A stretch of DNA of 62,006 nucleotides, filler included. It is 8 parts of 8 records of this genome, joined end to end, with 100 filler letters (N's around TTAATTAATTAA, not from the genome) between each part and the next. Parts side by side here need not be neighbours in the genome. Positions count along the whole stretch, not along the records: positions 44,233 to 55,995 come from SRR7504441_1796; positions 56,096 to 62,006 come from SRR7504441_1798; 6 more parts are not named here. One strand, given 5' to 3'. Each line of letters starts with the position of its first letter. Position 1 is the stretch's first letter. Below the pieces are notes generated by a model. It was not told where the DNA came from. It saw nothing but the letters and a program-made list of their open reading frames with translations, and searched no databases. Shown piece after piece: positions 48,901 through 60,482 of this stretch. The translations under genes and the position numbers were made by a program.

Positions 48901-51900
48901 TCTCAACAAGGTTTTGGACGTTATCGCCAAAGAAACTGAGCAGCTTGCTGGACATCATCAGACCATGGCGTCCAATGTGGCAAATCTGATGCAAACTATC
49001 CAAACCCAAATGCTTAAAGACGTCGCCAGCCTGAAAGAGGAGAACTTGAACTTGGTCAAACTTAGGGCGTCGGTCTGGCACAAAGTGGAAATTATTCTCA
49101 AGCTTGTGCCATCGCCGAGTAATAATGCTACGCGCGCGCCGGAGGGTTTCACCGCCTCTGTGGAGATCGCCGAGCCACTGGAGCTAGCTTTGACAAAGGA
49201 CGAGGTGACGATCGAGTTTGACCAAATAAAGGGCCAAATGCCACACCGGTGCTCCCCACCAGACATGTCGCTCGAATTGGACCAGCTCTACACAGTGTTC
49301 ATCAAAGCCCTCGCAGATCTCTCGGACATGAGGCAGGAGCAGCAGATTGCAGAGGCTAGGGCGAACCTATGGAAGGAGATTGGGGTCAGGGTGGAGCAAG
49401 TCCCAACGGAGGCAAGGCAGATCGCCAGGATGCTCAGGAAACAGATCAAAATGATCCGCGAACGCAAGCAGCGCTCAACAGAGGAGATTAAGGTTTATGG
49501 ACAGTCGTGCGAGTTGCTCCATAAGCACCTCGAATTTGCAGAGCAACACTCGTGCGTAATCCGGCTAAAGGCAGCGCCGCTGGGTACAAAAGCGTGTGAT
49601 GGAACGACGGGAAAATGCCGATTGGTATACATCATCCAGCGTAGTAATTATCCTGGTTTGTCTCAGGGCGACGCGGAGGTAAGGCTGCCTTCGCTCCGCA
49701 TAAATTGCGTGATGGATGGAGACACCAACTTTGACTTTGACGCTCCTAAGATACTTTATTATCACAACGGTAGCCAGGCTGTGCTCTTCAAGACGTCACA
49801 GCTGTCCATCATTTCGGCGGTGCACCCGGATTCGGTTGCACGCTGGTTCTCAATGATGCTTGATCCTGAGGTCCCGCTGATGGAGTACAAGATCAACCCC
49901 GCGTCAGACGAGTCCGATGTGCTAGTCAAACTCGGCGACGACAAGAATTCTAATGTGCTTAGGACCACCCTCAATCTCTTGAAACTCGATCTCTTCAAAA
50001 GGAACGCTGTCGAAGGGCGTGGCCACTCAGTTGTGGATATTGCATGGACAACCACCAGTATCGCATACGTGCAAGACGCGATAGCGGCGTTCACTTGTGC
50101 TGTGTCAACTGGTGGGATTGACGATGATGCCGACGGGCTGGTCAAGCTGCTGCGTAAGCTCTTTCGGCGCAGCCAGGCACAGCGGACAGAGCCCAACTGG
50201 TTTCAAGGCGAAGTGCAGCCCACGCAAGACGAACCCGCTGAGTCACGCCCGTTCCATTATGAGATCTCAGGCCTGAATCGGACGAAACTCAACATAAACA
50301 ACTTGCAACCGTCGTTCGGCCTATTTAACAGGAGTGGGGTCACAGTAGGTATCAGCAACTACCGCTCACTCGATGGGTCATGTCACAATGCCTGCAAGCT
50401 GTTCCTGTTTGCCATCTTCTTCCTTGTCGGCCTGGACCTTTTCCCCGCCATATTCGCAGGGGCTGTCTTCCTGTATGCGTCACTCGATTGCGACCAAAAA
50501 GACTTGAACTGCCCATCGCGCGTCACAGCCCTTACGACAGGACTCATGGTCGTGGTGGTATGCGTCTTTCTCGCCCCGGCCGGGCTGCATGCGCTTTCGG
50601 GCTTCACAAACCGCACTTATGGGCTTGTGGCCGGCTACCTCTGTATCTTGGTGTTTGCCTTCAAGTCTGAGGAGGGCTTCAATTGGATCTTGGATCTGCT
50701 GAAAAAGCCGGACGGAGAATTGGTGCTCGAATGGCTCACGATCTGGATCTGCCTCTTCTGCACTGTGCTCTCGTTCTGGAACTTGGAGCGCACGATCACT
50801 TGGAGCAGGCTCTCGATCAGGCCGCCAAAGATGCACAACTTGCAGACTCTGCAGATTATAGGCTACGCAATCGGCATCCTCGGGCTGATGATGGCCATCA
50901 CGCTGGGAGTAGAGTACGCGATTTGGTCTGCCGATAGCAACGACAGTCTGCCCATTTGCGACTCTGGGGAGCCTGCGGAAGCTCTATGCAAGCCAAGTGA
51001 GAAGGGCTATGATCCCACACTTTATGCAGCATTCGTGATGTTGGCTGTAGCACTGTTGGTGGCCCTCAGGATCATGATCAGCCAAGTGGGGATGGCATTC
51101 ACAGTGGCAAAGACTCAGCTGCACAATAAACCTCTGCACGAGCGAGCCTTCCAGTCAGAGATCGAGGAAATCGCAGAGACTTCCCACCTCGAAACACAAA
51201 AGACCTTCCTCGCCCAAGCAGGACTTCTTCAGTCCCAACAATCTGCGGGGATCTCAATTTTTGGGCTAGTGCAAGTGTGTGCCTTTGTGATTCTTATCAT
51301 GTGGTTTTGGATTTGGAACGGAATTGAGCTGGGCTGGGCGGTGGAAAGGGCGACCCTAAAGACCGCCAATGTGACAAGGGACACCAGCCGCAACTTCATG
51401 GTGTTCGGGTTCCTTGCCGTGGGCTGGTTTGGAACCTTCCTGGTGGGGGAGCTGCTGCTGGCTGTCCTTAGGTTGGCGGTACAGGTGGCTTTGGTCTTTA
51501 TTTTCGTGTCGCAAGCACGGCTCCGTAGGCGGCAGAACTATCTCGAGAATCTAGCTGAGCAGGTGTGGTGCGTGTTGCATCCACCGCTCAGTACAGGGGA
51601 CAGGCGTTTTTAGACGAGCAGAACCCGAACGAGGTCCGCTGTAGCCTAATCAGTCATCTGCCAGTCTAGTCGGGCTGAGCGATGATACAGGAGCTGAAGA
51701 TCCCGCACGAGGGTGCGCCTGATACAGAATGGTACGCCTTCCTCGCCCAGCGCCCCCTCTTCAAGGATCGGCCTGAAAATTTGGAGAGTGATGACTTATC
51801 CAAGCTCATAGCCATGGCCAAGACTGCCTATCTCAAGTACAGGCCCCGCAGTACAGACTGCCCGCTCCCGCATTCCGCGTTGCCACCTCCTGCTCTAGAG

Positions 51901-52650
51901 AAAGACAAGCCGCTGCAAGGTTCAGTCTCTGAATATGACAAACCAGACGATGATGACCCGTCTTCGTCTGAGGAAGAAGACGAGGCGATCGACATGAGGA
52001 ACAAGTTTGTGCAGGTTGGGGCCATTCAGCGCGTCAAGGTGGGGGCTTGGGACAAATCTTCGGTGGAGGTAGATATCAGGCCGGGGTACACTGTCAATTG
52101 GGAGTGGGAAATGGCACGGTCTGAGCCATTGAGTCACAATGTTAAGTTCGAGCTGAATCTCATCAATGGAAGAGGCGACCGGGTTGGAGATAAACCTGAT
52201 CAGCAGGGTGTATTTAGGATGAGACAGAACCGCGGCACGTATTGTTTCAATAAGAAGTGCGAGAAGCAACCACTGCTTAATGATGCGAACGCCCTGCAGT
52301 TTGTGTTTGACAACGAGTTCTCCTGGTGATTGCATCCTCTTTTAGCCCGCAGTGGGTGCTAGCTGGATGGACAGGCACAACTCAAAGGATATTGAGCTGA
52401 AATGGGATAGAGGCGAGCCTAAATAGCTGGCCCAGCCAGTGTTCTGAGTGTGCTGGCAGTGCGGGATAGCGAGGTCGACGTCCAAGCTGATAAAGCGAAT
52501 GAGGAGCTCGCCACTTCAGATCCCGAAATGAGGGCTCCCCAGCGGATATTCAAAACAAACACGCGACTACCGACCATGGGGGGGCCAATCGGGCCTGACG
52601 AGGATGAGGATATACCGACAATCGTCAATATCACCAATATCACTTTGTAG
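45932..52650 (+). CDS. VPS13/Chorein-N-like lipid-transfer protein with a galactose-binding-like insert, 8-10 TM helices and a GOLD domain
   Basis: Spliced 5' exons: MLDTYVK, EIVLEGVRIAI, VRAMIANFDIVLRDVTVV, LDRIELSSN; repeat motif ELASPVVILP..IVVSPGTIKLDN; TM block about 50390-51510; GOLD-like VNWEW..GTY..FVFDNEFSW|HNSKDI. Confidence 0.7.
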
Positions 52651-52862
52651 GTCGCCATCTGTGATCGGGCCTGAGGGCCGACTGCTAGGGGAGATCGTGC
52701 AACAGCTTTTTACAGTATAAACCTGTTGCGCCTAGCGATTTTCCTTCTCTCAAATCGAGTTTTCGACCGCTCGCTGAGGGTCGCGGGGTCGGACCTTGGG
52801 TATTTTACGATATTTCACGGTAATCATTATAATGGAGCGACTCATACTGTTCATCCATACTG

Positions 52863-54082
52863 TTAGGTATCTGGATCTAGAGGACGATCTAACTTGAGGT
52901 TGGCCTCCTCTGTTGCCTCCTTTGCTGCTACCCCATCCGAAGCCTCCGTGGAACTCTCGGCTTCAGCACTCGCTATCAGCACTCTCTGTCAACTGCTCGG
53001 CAGCCGGCTCGCTCGTCTTGGGCTGGAGCAGCGCCTGCAGCCAAGTGAGCCCGGGGCTGGCCAGCTCGCACCAAGTGCTTTTTAGGGTCAAACTGCAGCA
53101 TCTGGGCATCGGTGCGCGTCGGGTCAAAGCACGATGACTTGCAATTCATCCAAGAATCGCTCCAGCGCGGCGCGGCGTGCGTGAAGAAGCTGCCCGAGGG
53201 CGGGAGCTCGCCCTCCGGGTGTGACTGCTCCCACTCCAGCTGGATCATCTGAACAAACCCATTATACGGCGTGCATGCTCGCCCTTCCGGGGTCTCCTCA
53301 TACGGCGGGGGCGGGGGCGGCTTGTTGTCCTCCTGCTGTTTGAGCACCGCGGCCAGTATCTCCGGGTCCGGCACGTACGGGCACAGGTGCTCGAAAAAGA
53401 AGTCCAGCTTGCTCACCATGTTGTAATCCCACCGTATTGGCCCCAAAAGCCCCGTCTCAGGGTCATCCTCCTCGCGCACCGGCCCCTGAAAATGTATCCC
53501 AAGCACCCGCCCCGCCGCGTCCGCCACCGGCGAGCCGTTCAGGGCGGTGTACTCGCGCTCGTACCGCCGGTCGTAAATCAGTTTCCACTTGTCCTCTCCC
53601 TCCAGCCTCCACTCCCTCACCTCCACGGCCTCGCCCACCGGCTCGCAGCAGAACACCGGCCTGGCCGTTGGCACCGGCCCGCACGCGGCCAGCTGGGCCG
53701 GCGGGATCGCTTGGAGCTTGGGCAGATCTTCCTCGAGTACCTCGTGCATCGTGAAGCTGTAGTGCCGCCCGCAGCCCAAGCTGTCCACACAGCCCTTCTG
53801 CAGCCGCACAGTGACCGCCGGGCCGTCGGGGGGGTAGAAGCTGGCCGTGGCCCCGTGTACCGCCTCCCGCCAATCACGGATCACGTTGGCCGAGGTGAGG
53901 ATGCAATGACTGGATCGCTTGGGGTGAAACGCCTTGCCGTCGACCAGCAGCCCAGCCCCCCAGCAACCCCACTCCGGGGCCGGATCATCAAGCTTGATCC
54001 CAGCGAACGAGCTGGCCTTGATCCGAGCGTCCACGTTCAGCTCGATCCGGCAGGTGGCCAACGCTACTGCTGCCGGCGGCAT
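52863..54082 (-). CDS. Trypsin-like (Trypsin_2/FAM111-type) fold protein, probably inactive
   Basis: GAGLLV, CILTSANVI, LNGSPVADAAGRVLGIH; 3' end depends on splicing (52863-52976). Confidence 0.6.
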
Positions 54083-54531
54083 TGCTGGGTTGATAACGGA
54101 CCGCGGAGATCGCAAGACCCTCAGTACCGCACGATCTTGGCCCCAATTCTAAAGCCTTAGCATCGGCCGTAGTATAATTCTAGTAGATCTACCCAAATGG
54201 CCCATCCGGCTGCTGGACGTACGGTACATACACATCGAAGCGAAATCACACTGATTGCATTTGGGTCGAGCAAAGCGCTATTATTTAAAATAAGTGCTTT
54301 GCGGTAGTGCTCGAGACTTCCCGTGAGTAATTAGATTAGCCAACTGATCAATATGGCAGTACTTGTTATGGCGGATCTTAGGAGCTAGGTAGTGTAACCT
54401 AGGACGACTTAGTCTACGCGCTATGCAGGGCCGCCTTGTCCTTGGCGGCTTGGCCCGCGACGCTCAGTTTAGCTCGTAACGGAACGGGTGCCCGGTTCAG
54501 GTTGCAACCTGAGCATTGCACGCCGACGCCG

Positions 54532-55689
54532 ATGGCGACGAATGGGCACAACAACGAACCGTCGCCCAAGAGGCGGAAGCACGGATCATTCCAGGACCTT
54601 GACGATGTGCGCATCGAGGACGTGCGGCCGCTAATCTCCCCGGCCCTGCTGCTCGAGGAGCTCCCGTGCCAGGGAGTCAATCACGAGAACGTGCTCCGCT
54701 CCCGCCGGGAGCTCCAGCGGATCTGCGAGGGGCAGGACCACCGGCTGGTTGTGATCGTGGGGCCGTGCTCGGTGCACGACCCGGCAGCCGCGCTCGAGTA
54801 CGCCCAGCGGCTGCAGCAGCTAGTGGGGGAACTCAAGCAAGAGCTCCTGGTGATCATGCGGGTTTATTTCGAGAAGCCGCGGACCACCGTCGGGTGGAAG
54901 GGCCTGATCAACGATCCAGAGCTGGACGGCACCTTCAAGATCAACCGGGGCCTCCGGGTGGGCCGCAAGCTGCTGCTGGACATCACCACCATCGGGCTGC
55001 CCACCGCGGTCGAATTCCTCGACACGATCACTCCGCAGTTCATCGCCGATCTAGTCACCTGGGGCGCGATCGGGGCGCGCACCACCGAGTCACAGGTGCA
55101 CCGGGAGCTCGCATCCGGGCTGTCAGTCCCGATCGGGTTCAAGAATGCCACCAGCGGCGAGGTGCAGCTGGCAGTGGACGCGTGCCGCTCTGCCAACTCG
55201 CCACACTCGTTCCTGTCGGTAACCAAGCAGGGGCTGGCGGCTATCGTGCACACCAAAGGCAACCCGTGCGCCCATGTCATCCTGCGCGGCGGCGGTGGCA
55301 AGACCAACTACGACGCCGAATCTGTGGAGAGTACCAGGGCGGCGATGGCCAAAGGTGGGCTGGTTCCTAGGATAGTGGTGGATTGCTCGCACGGCAACTC
55401 GATGAAGAAGCACCAGAACCAGCCGATAGCGGCGGCCGACGTGGCAGCTCAGGTGGCTGGCGGCGATTGGCACATAATGGGGCTGATGCTAGAGTCAAAC
55501 CTGCACGCGGGCAACCAGAGCCTCAAGCCTGGGCAGACGCTGCCCAGTCAGCTCAAATATGGGGTCAGCGTGACCGACGAGTGCATCGATTGGGACACCA
55601 CCGTCACTGTGCTCCGGGACCTGGCCGCCGCCGCCAAGAAGCGACGGGAGAGCAGCACGAGCCCACTGGCAGCCTCGACCGAACATTAA
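54532..55689 (+). CDS. aroG: Class I (AroF/G/H, ARO3/4-type) DAHP synthase, intronless
   Basis: GPCSVHD, RVYFEKPRTTVGWKGLINDP, IGARTTESQVHRELASGLS, VDCSHGNS, YGVSVTDEC. Confidence 0.96.
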   Translation: MATNGHNNEPSPKRRKHGSFQDLDDVRIEDVRPLISPALLLEELPCQGVNHENVLRSRRELQRICEGQDHRLVVIVGPCSVHDPAAALEYAQRLQQLVGELKQELLVIMRVYFEKPRTTVGWKGLINDPELDGTFKINRGLRVGRKLLLDITTIGLPTAVEFLDTITPQFIADLVTWGAIGARTTESQVHRELASGLSVPIGFKNATSGEVQLAVDACRSANSPHSFLSVTKQGLAAIVHTKGNPCAHVILRGGGGKTNYDAESVESTRAAMAKGGLVPRIVVDCSHGNSMKKHQNQPIAAADVAAQVAGGDWHIMGLMLESNLHAGNQSLKPGQTLPSQLKYGVSVTDECIDWDTTVTVLRDLAAAAKKRRESSTSPLAASTEH

Positions 55690-55995
55690 GGGTAGGTTGA
55701 ACGAAGCTGCCTGTGATCAAGAACATGTCCTGGCTGGACGCATTCGGGTTGTGGCTGAATGATGCTAGTCCAAGCGATGATCACCGGTACAGCGACGAGG
55801 GCGAGGTATTGGACGGGCGATGCTCGTTGTGTTGAGGCTTATCACCGAGAGGATAGGACTGAATCATGCAACACTGCACGTACAACGTTAACTAATTAAA
55901 CCTTCTATAACATTACACGATCAATGCCGTTCTTGTACGGTACGCGTAACCGTACAGTATTACAGTAGACTAGACTACCAGGTACCGTACGCATT

Positions 55996-56095
55996 NNNNN
56001 NNNNNNNNNNNNNNNNNNNNNNNNNNNNNNNNNNNNNNNTTAATTAATTAANNNNNNNNNNNNNNNNNNNNNNNNNNNNNNNNNNNNNNNNNNNN
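55996..56095. other. Artificial contig linker
   Basis: N/TTAATTAATTAA/N. Confidence 0.98.
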
Positions 56096-56343
56096 CCATT
56101 GATCAAGCGTCATCACCCGAGCGCTTCACACACGCGACCCAATGAAGTACAATCACAACAATCGGTTACGACAATTTATCACGAGTAGTAAGCTAGTTAG
56201 AGGAACTCCCGGCGAGCAACGAGGCAAGCGTTAGAGGGCAGCTCTCGAGGCGTTAGAGATCAGAGACGTGTTAGATAAATAAATTAAAATGCAAAACTAT
56301 AGAACAAAGCTTTAGCCGTATAATTTACAAGATTATGGGTAAT

Positions 56344-57750
56344 TTATGGAGCATTACGTTTCCAGCTAGTTGCTTTGACACCCGAGCGATAATTCTGCTC
56401 GAGTTGGGCTAGAGATTGCGTCGATTCGAGAGACATAGCTGATTTGAGCTGGTCAATCATTCGATCAGTCACAGGCCACCTGGTAGTCGCCAACTGGTTT
56501 TGCAGAAAAAAAATGCCAGTGTCAAAGCTGCTCACTCTGTGCCTCTCGTGCTTGCTACGCTGGTGCTGCGCTCCATCGCAGAACTGATGATCTGCGGCTG
56601 GAATCAGCACAGGCTCATGCTGCGAGTGAGGGTCTGATTCAAGCTTGCTCCAGAAGCTCAGATTGGTCCATGCCGGCACGATCACCACAAATGAGAGTGG
56701 CCCGGTGGCCTGCTGGAGTAAGCCATTCAGGTGCACGACTGCACGATCCATTGTGGCTGGCACAAATGGTGGATTCATCTCAAATGAGCCTTCAACTGGG
56801 TAGAAGTCGAAGAAGGAGCCAACAGACCCAAACCAGCAGTCGGTGTCACCAAAGGCACTGCAGAAGCTGCTGTAGCGACAGTTGAGTGGCGAGGCAAACG
56901 CCTCGTGTGTCACCTCCAGCAACTCGAGGAGAACATCGAATCCCCGCTCCGTGAGCGCTGCCTGGTATCCCGATCCACCGAGCGCCTCGTATCTTGCAAC
57001 CATGCAGTAGAGACACGCCTCAAACTGGGCGTCCAGTGCGGCTGGCTGCACAGACGGTGGCTCGACGCATTGCATGCACTTGCGAGATTTACCGTTCTGC
57101 CATTGAGTCCGGCTATACCCCCCTCGAGCCTTTGGCTGGTTGCATGCAGTGCACTTCCTCAGCTCCGCCGCCGGTGTCGCCTCCGGTATCGCGGCCACCT
57201 TCTGCTGCTGCTGCTGCTGCTGCCGTTGCCATAGCGCTTGCAGCTTATACAAGTGGACAGTGTTGAGCTGAAGATAGCCCTTGGCCCCGCTCAGACTTAG
57301 CCTGCTGCAGCCGCCCTGAGTGTCCACTTGGACCACCGCACCGCCATCCTGGACCGAGCTCACCTTGGTACATGCCTTGCAGCAAGCCTCACTCAGCGCC
57401 GACACCACCGCCCCAGCCTCGGCCACTCCCACCCGCTCCAGGTCGGCGCACAGCAGCCTGTTCGCCTCAGCACAGGGCGCTGAGGGCAGCAGCGGGTCGG
57501 CGCTCCCTGCCTCCAGCGCCGCGTTGGCCAGCCACCGCTCGAAGGCAAGCACGGGCGCCCGCTCGGCCCCGTGCGCGACGCACATCCGATGCAGCTTTGA
57601 GCGGAGCGATTTGGCCGCCCGGAGCCTGGCCGCCTCTCGTGCCGGCGCGGGCTGGGTCGGGGCTCCCAGCCATCTGGACTGTGGTCGATGCTGGGGGTTC
57701 CATATCCCCGCAGCATCGACTTTCCGCCTCTTCCTCGACGGTGGCTCCAT
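56344..57750 (-). CDS. PCIF1: PCIF1/CAPAM-family cap-adjacent m6Am methyltransferase
   Basis: AFERW, GYQAAL, EAFASPLNC, FCSAFGDTD..FGSVGSFFDF, GSFEMNPPF, LSFVVIVPAW, H.FCDGAQH, FFLQN. Confidence 0.92.
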   Translation of the reverse strand: MEPPSRKRRKVDAAGIWNPQHRPQSRWLGAPTQPAPAREAARLRAAKSLRSKLHRMCVAHGAERAPVLAFERWLANAALEAGSADPLLPSAPCAEANRLLCADLERVGVAEAGAVVSALSEACCKACTKVSSVQDGGAVVQVDTQGGCSRLSLSGAKGYLQLNTVHLYKLQALWQRQQQQQQQKVAAIPEATPAAELRKCTACNQPKARGGYSRTQWQNGKSRKCMQCVEPPSVQPAALDAQFEACLYCMVARYEALGGSGYQAALTERGFDVLLELLEVTHEAFASPLNCRYSSFCSAFGDTDCWFGSVGSFFDFYPVEGSFEMNPPFVPATMDRAVVHLNGLLQQATGPLSFVVIVPAWTNLSFWSKLESDPHSQHEPVLIPAADHQFCDGAQHQRSKHERHRVSSFDTGIFFLQNQLATTRWPVTDRMIDQLKSAMSLESTQSLAQLEQNYRSGVKATSWKRNAP

Positions 57751-57787
57751 TCAATATTGGTGGAACGGATTACGAAGATTTTCAAGC
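57751..57787. promoter_or_regulatory. 37-bp bidirectional promoter containing AACGG
   Basis: Head-to-head ATGs at 57750 (-) and 57788 (+); AACGG at 57764-57768. Confidence 0.65.
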
Positions 57788-58440
57788 ATGGAGGGGTCGA
57801 CTCCGGAGGTCTCGTCTCTGGAGGAGGCTGTGCGGCGGGCGCAGGATCGGTTCGAGACGGTGCCCCTAGCGCTCGAGCTAGGGAGGTCGCTCCGGCAGTT
57901 CCCCGAGATCTGGATCCCGACCCACAAGCGATACTTGAAGACCCGCGACGTGATGGCCGGACTGGAGCGGTGCTACGAGTGCTGGCAGCAGGGGCTCGCC
58001 CGTCCGTACGCGCTGCAGGCTGGGGAGAGGTGCCTGCCGGGCCGTGCCATCTGAGCCCGGGCTGTCGCAGCTTCGAGGTCAACTTGCGCTGGCTGCTCAG
58101 TACGGCGGCTGCGTCGAGTTGGTTTACGGAGCAACAGTACGAGCAGATAGAGGGATGGATCGAGGAGGTGGTCGGGCTGCGCGAAGAGCGCCGGCTCCGC
58201 TCACAGGCCGAGAGCGAGGGCGCAATGTCCCGGGCGATCCCGCCGATGGCCAAGCTGGATGCGGGGATCGACGCGGCTGTGGCCGAGGCCGTGGGGCTAC
58301 TCCGGCACAGACTAGACGACGTGCTGGGAATCGAACGGCGGCCGGTGGTGCCGGTGCCACCGGTGCCGCTGGTTGCAGAGCACGTGCACAAGCACTTGCG
58401 GGTGGTGCCACCTGCGGTGGTGAGACTGAGCCAGCCGTGA
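57788..58440 (+). CDS. Hypothetical protein, one intron
   Basis: MEGSTPEV... joins in frame through a GT-AG intron near 58030-58070 to FEVNLRWLL...LSQP*. Confidence 0.65.
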
Positions 58441-58847
58441 CCAGCCTGACTGCAAAGAATCGAGGAGCGGCAGACAACCTGTTTCCCCAGACACGGGCAG
58501 CGGAAGGGGCCGCAGTTGTGTGTTGTACATCTGCATAAGCTAATTATAAGCGTAAATGGTACTCGGGTTGTTCGAGGTCCCAAACATCAAGACTACCACA
58601 TTGTCACGGTGTATCATCAATCAAGTGATGAATCAATATTAATGTTACATTAGTGTTAGTTCGTACTGATCTCGTAACCTTTAGACTCATCGAGCACTAT
58701 CTAGAGATTTGTGTAAAACGATAACGTGATGTGCCGGTATCAAGTACGCTTCTCAGTTACTTCTCAGTACGTACGGTACTCCGGTACTCTGGCTTCACGG
58801 AGTTAGCTTTACTCTTTGGTGCCTCTTTGATTAATCCTTTAATTAAC

Positions 58848-60482
58848 TTAAGTACGAGCCTCCAAGGTCGCGTTGTTTATAATTGTGGAGGGCTTCACCC
58901 CGTGCGCCACCACATCAAATTCTGCGTCCGCCGCGCCTGTGAACAGACCGGCTCCAGTCCCTTGTCCACCAAACATGAACGACACCGGGGTCAGTCCGGT
59001 GAAGATCTCGACCACATCTCCATCAACAACCACCCTGAACTGCGCTTGTGCTCTCAAACCAGCAGCGCTAGAGTCTTCCGACTCGAGCCGAGCGGCCACA
59101 GGAACCGAGACCGGCGGCTTGTTCGGGTCTTGCTGGATCGTGAGCTGATGGATTGGGCGCCGGGCCGAGGCGTCGCCGGTCAGCTGGACTGTGAGCACTA
59201 GCCCCCGATCCTCCGGGCTAGTAGCCTTCAGCCAGAGCCCGCAGCCAGTGCTGCCAGCTGCCGCACGCACCGTCACCTTGATGTCCAGAGCGGACACCAG
59301 CGGGCCAATCCCTTCTAGAGATTGCGACCCATTGGCAGCCACCGATAGATTCGCAACAATCACTGGTCGAGCGGCCCAGCGCCGTGCGAGTGCGGGTGTG
59401 GGTTGGAAGTTGAGGCTCAGGTCGTCTTGGTTCAGCGTGACGGATCTCGGGAGACTCTGCACCCCGCCGCCTAGATCGGCCATGATGATCCTTCCACCCA
59501 TCTCCGGAGGCCCCAGCACCGTCTGGCTCGCGTAGTATCCAGACCCATAATCAGCCGCCTGCAGCGCTGATTTCGGCACAAACTCCCCGTCCGGGCCGAG
59601 CTTTCCGATTAAATAAACCACCCCGGCGTCTCGGGAGAGGCCGCCGCCGTTTCGCTCCGGTCGGCTCCACATAAGCACCCACCAGCTGTCCGCTGCCGCC
59701 TGCCCAAAGTCCACGTTCTCACTGGTCACATTCAGACTGCCCGGGCCGATCGGGAAGAAGTCGCCGCACTCGGCCCGGTTCATCGGCTGGTTATGGACAT
59801 ACAACGGGCCTAGGTATCGCCAGCGGGCAAAGTCAGTCGAGCTGTACAGCAGAAAAGCCGGGGTGGAGCTCGGCAGCCGCGGGTTGCCAACCGAGGAGGA
59901 GACCAGCGCCATGATCGCACTGGCGTTGTGGTAAGCCACCACGTTCCCGATCAGCCCGAACGGGGGAGGGATGTGATTCCCGGGGGTGCCGACCCAGCCA
60001 GTCTCGCCCACCGAGTGGTTGCCTTCGATCCCGTGGCTCACCTGGCTCCAACGGACCAACCGGCTGTCCACCCGCGAGTCCACCACCGCGGCGTAGTTGT
60101 TGGTGGTCTCCCAGCCAACCGTTGTGTCTCCGTTGACCAGGCTGCCCACGTGACTCGCGTTGATCCGGATAGTGCACCCAGTGCCCGCGGCGCTGTAAAG
60201 GTCCAGACGGGAAACGGCACAGGGCCCGAACGGCGCAGCGTATGGCGCGAAGTCGGCCACTAGGTCCGTTGAGGCCGCGTGCCCCCACCCGTCCGGAGCC
60301 TGCCCGCGCTGGCAATCGGCAGGGCTGAACTGAGGGAAGATGTGGAAGCGCCGGCTGGGCGCGTCCCAGTATAGCTGCGGGTCGCCCATCCGGCCCGGGG
60401 CGAGTCCGTTGCCGGGCCCGAAGTGGAAGCTCGGAGCGGCACCGCACCCGAGCAGCTGCACCACCACCAGCCACCAGTACAT
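58848..60482 (-). CDS. Secreted GH32 (invertase/fructosidase-like) glycoside hydrolase, intronless
   Basis: Signal peptide MYWWLVVVQLLG; RMGDPQ, FHIFPQFSP, WGHAASTDL, AECGDFF, DYGSGYYASQT, QSLPR, VEIF. Confidence 0.85.
   Translation of the reverse strand: MYWWLVVVQLLGCGAAPSFHFGPGNGLAPGRMGDPQLYWDAPSRRFHIFPQFSPADCQRGQAPDGWGHAASTDLVADFAPYAAPFGPCAVSRLDLYSAAGTGCTIRINASHVGSLVNGDTTVGWETTNNYAAVVDSRVDSRLVRWSQVSHGIEGNHSVGETGWVGTPGNHIPPPFGLIGNVVAYHNASAIMALVSSSVGNPRLPSSTPAFLLYSSTDFARWRYLGPLYVHNQPMNRAECGDFFPIGPGSLNVTSENVDFGQAAADSWWVLMWSRPERNGGGLSRDAGVVYLIGKLGPDGEFVPKSALQAADYGSGYYASQTVLGPPEMGGRIIMADLGGGVQSLPRSVTLNQDDLSLNFQPTPALARRWAARPVIVANLSVAANGSQSLEGIGPLVSALDIKVTVRAAAGSTGCGLWLKATSPEDRGLVLTVQLTGDASARRPIHQLTIQQDPNKPPVSVPVAARLESEDSSAAGLRAQAQFRVVVDGDVVEIFTGLTPVSFMFGGQGTGAGLFTGAADAEFDVVAHGVKPSTIINNATLEART

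Noticed and set aside
26455-52650. Stop-codon reassignment, frameshifting or pseudogenes suggested by fragmented ORFs
   Set aside because: In the genes traced, the stops and frame changes fall inside short GT/GC-AG introns, and TAA, TAG and TGA all end genes
54532-55689. Bacterial contamination for intronless DAHPS, PTR, MFS or GH32
   Set aside because: They share contigs and the AACGG motif with intron-containing eukaryotic genes; no operon structure
3386-56095. Seven identical TTAATTAATTAA elements
   Set aside because: Each is embedded in a fixed-length N run; these are assembly concatenation linkers, not repeats
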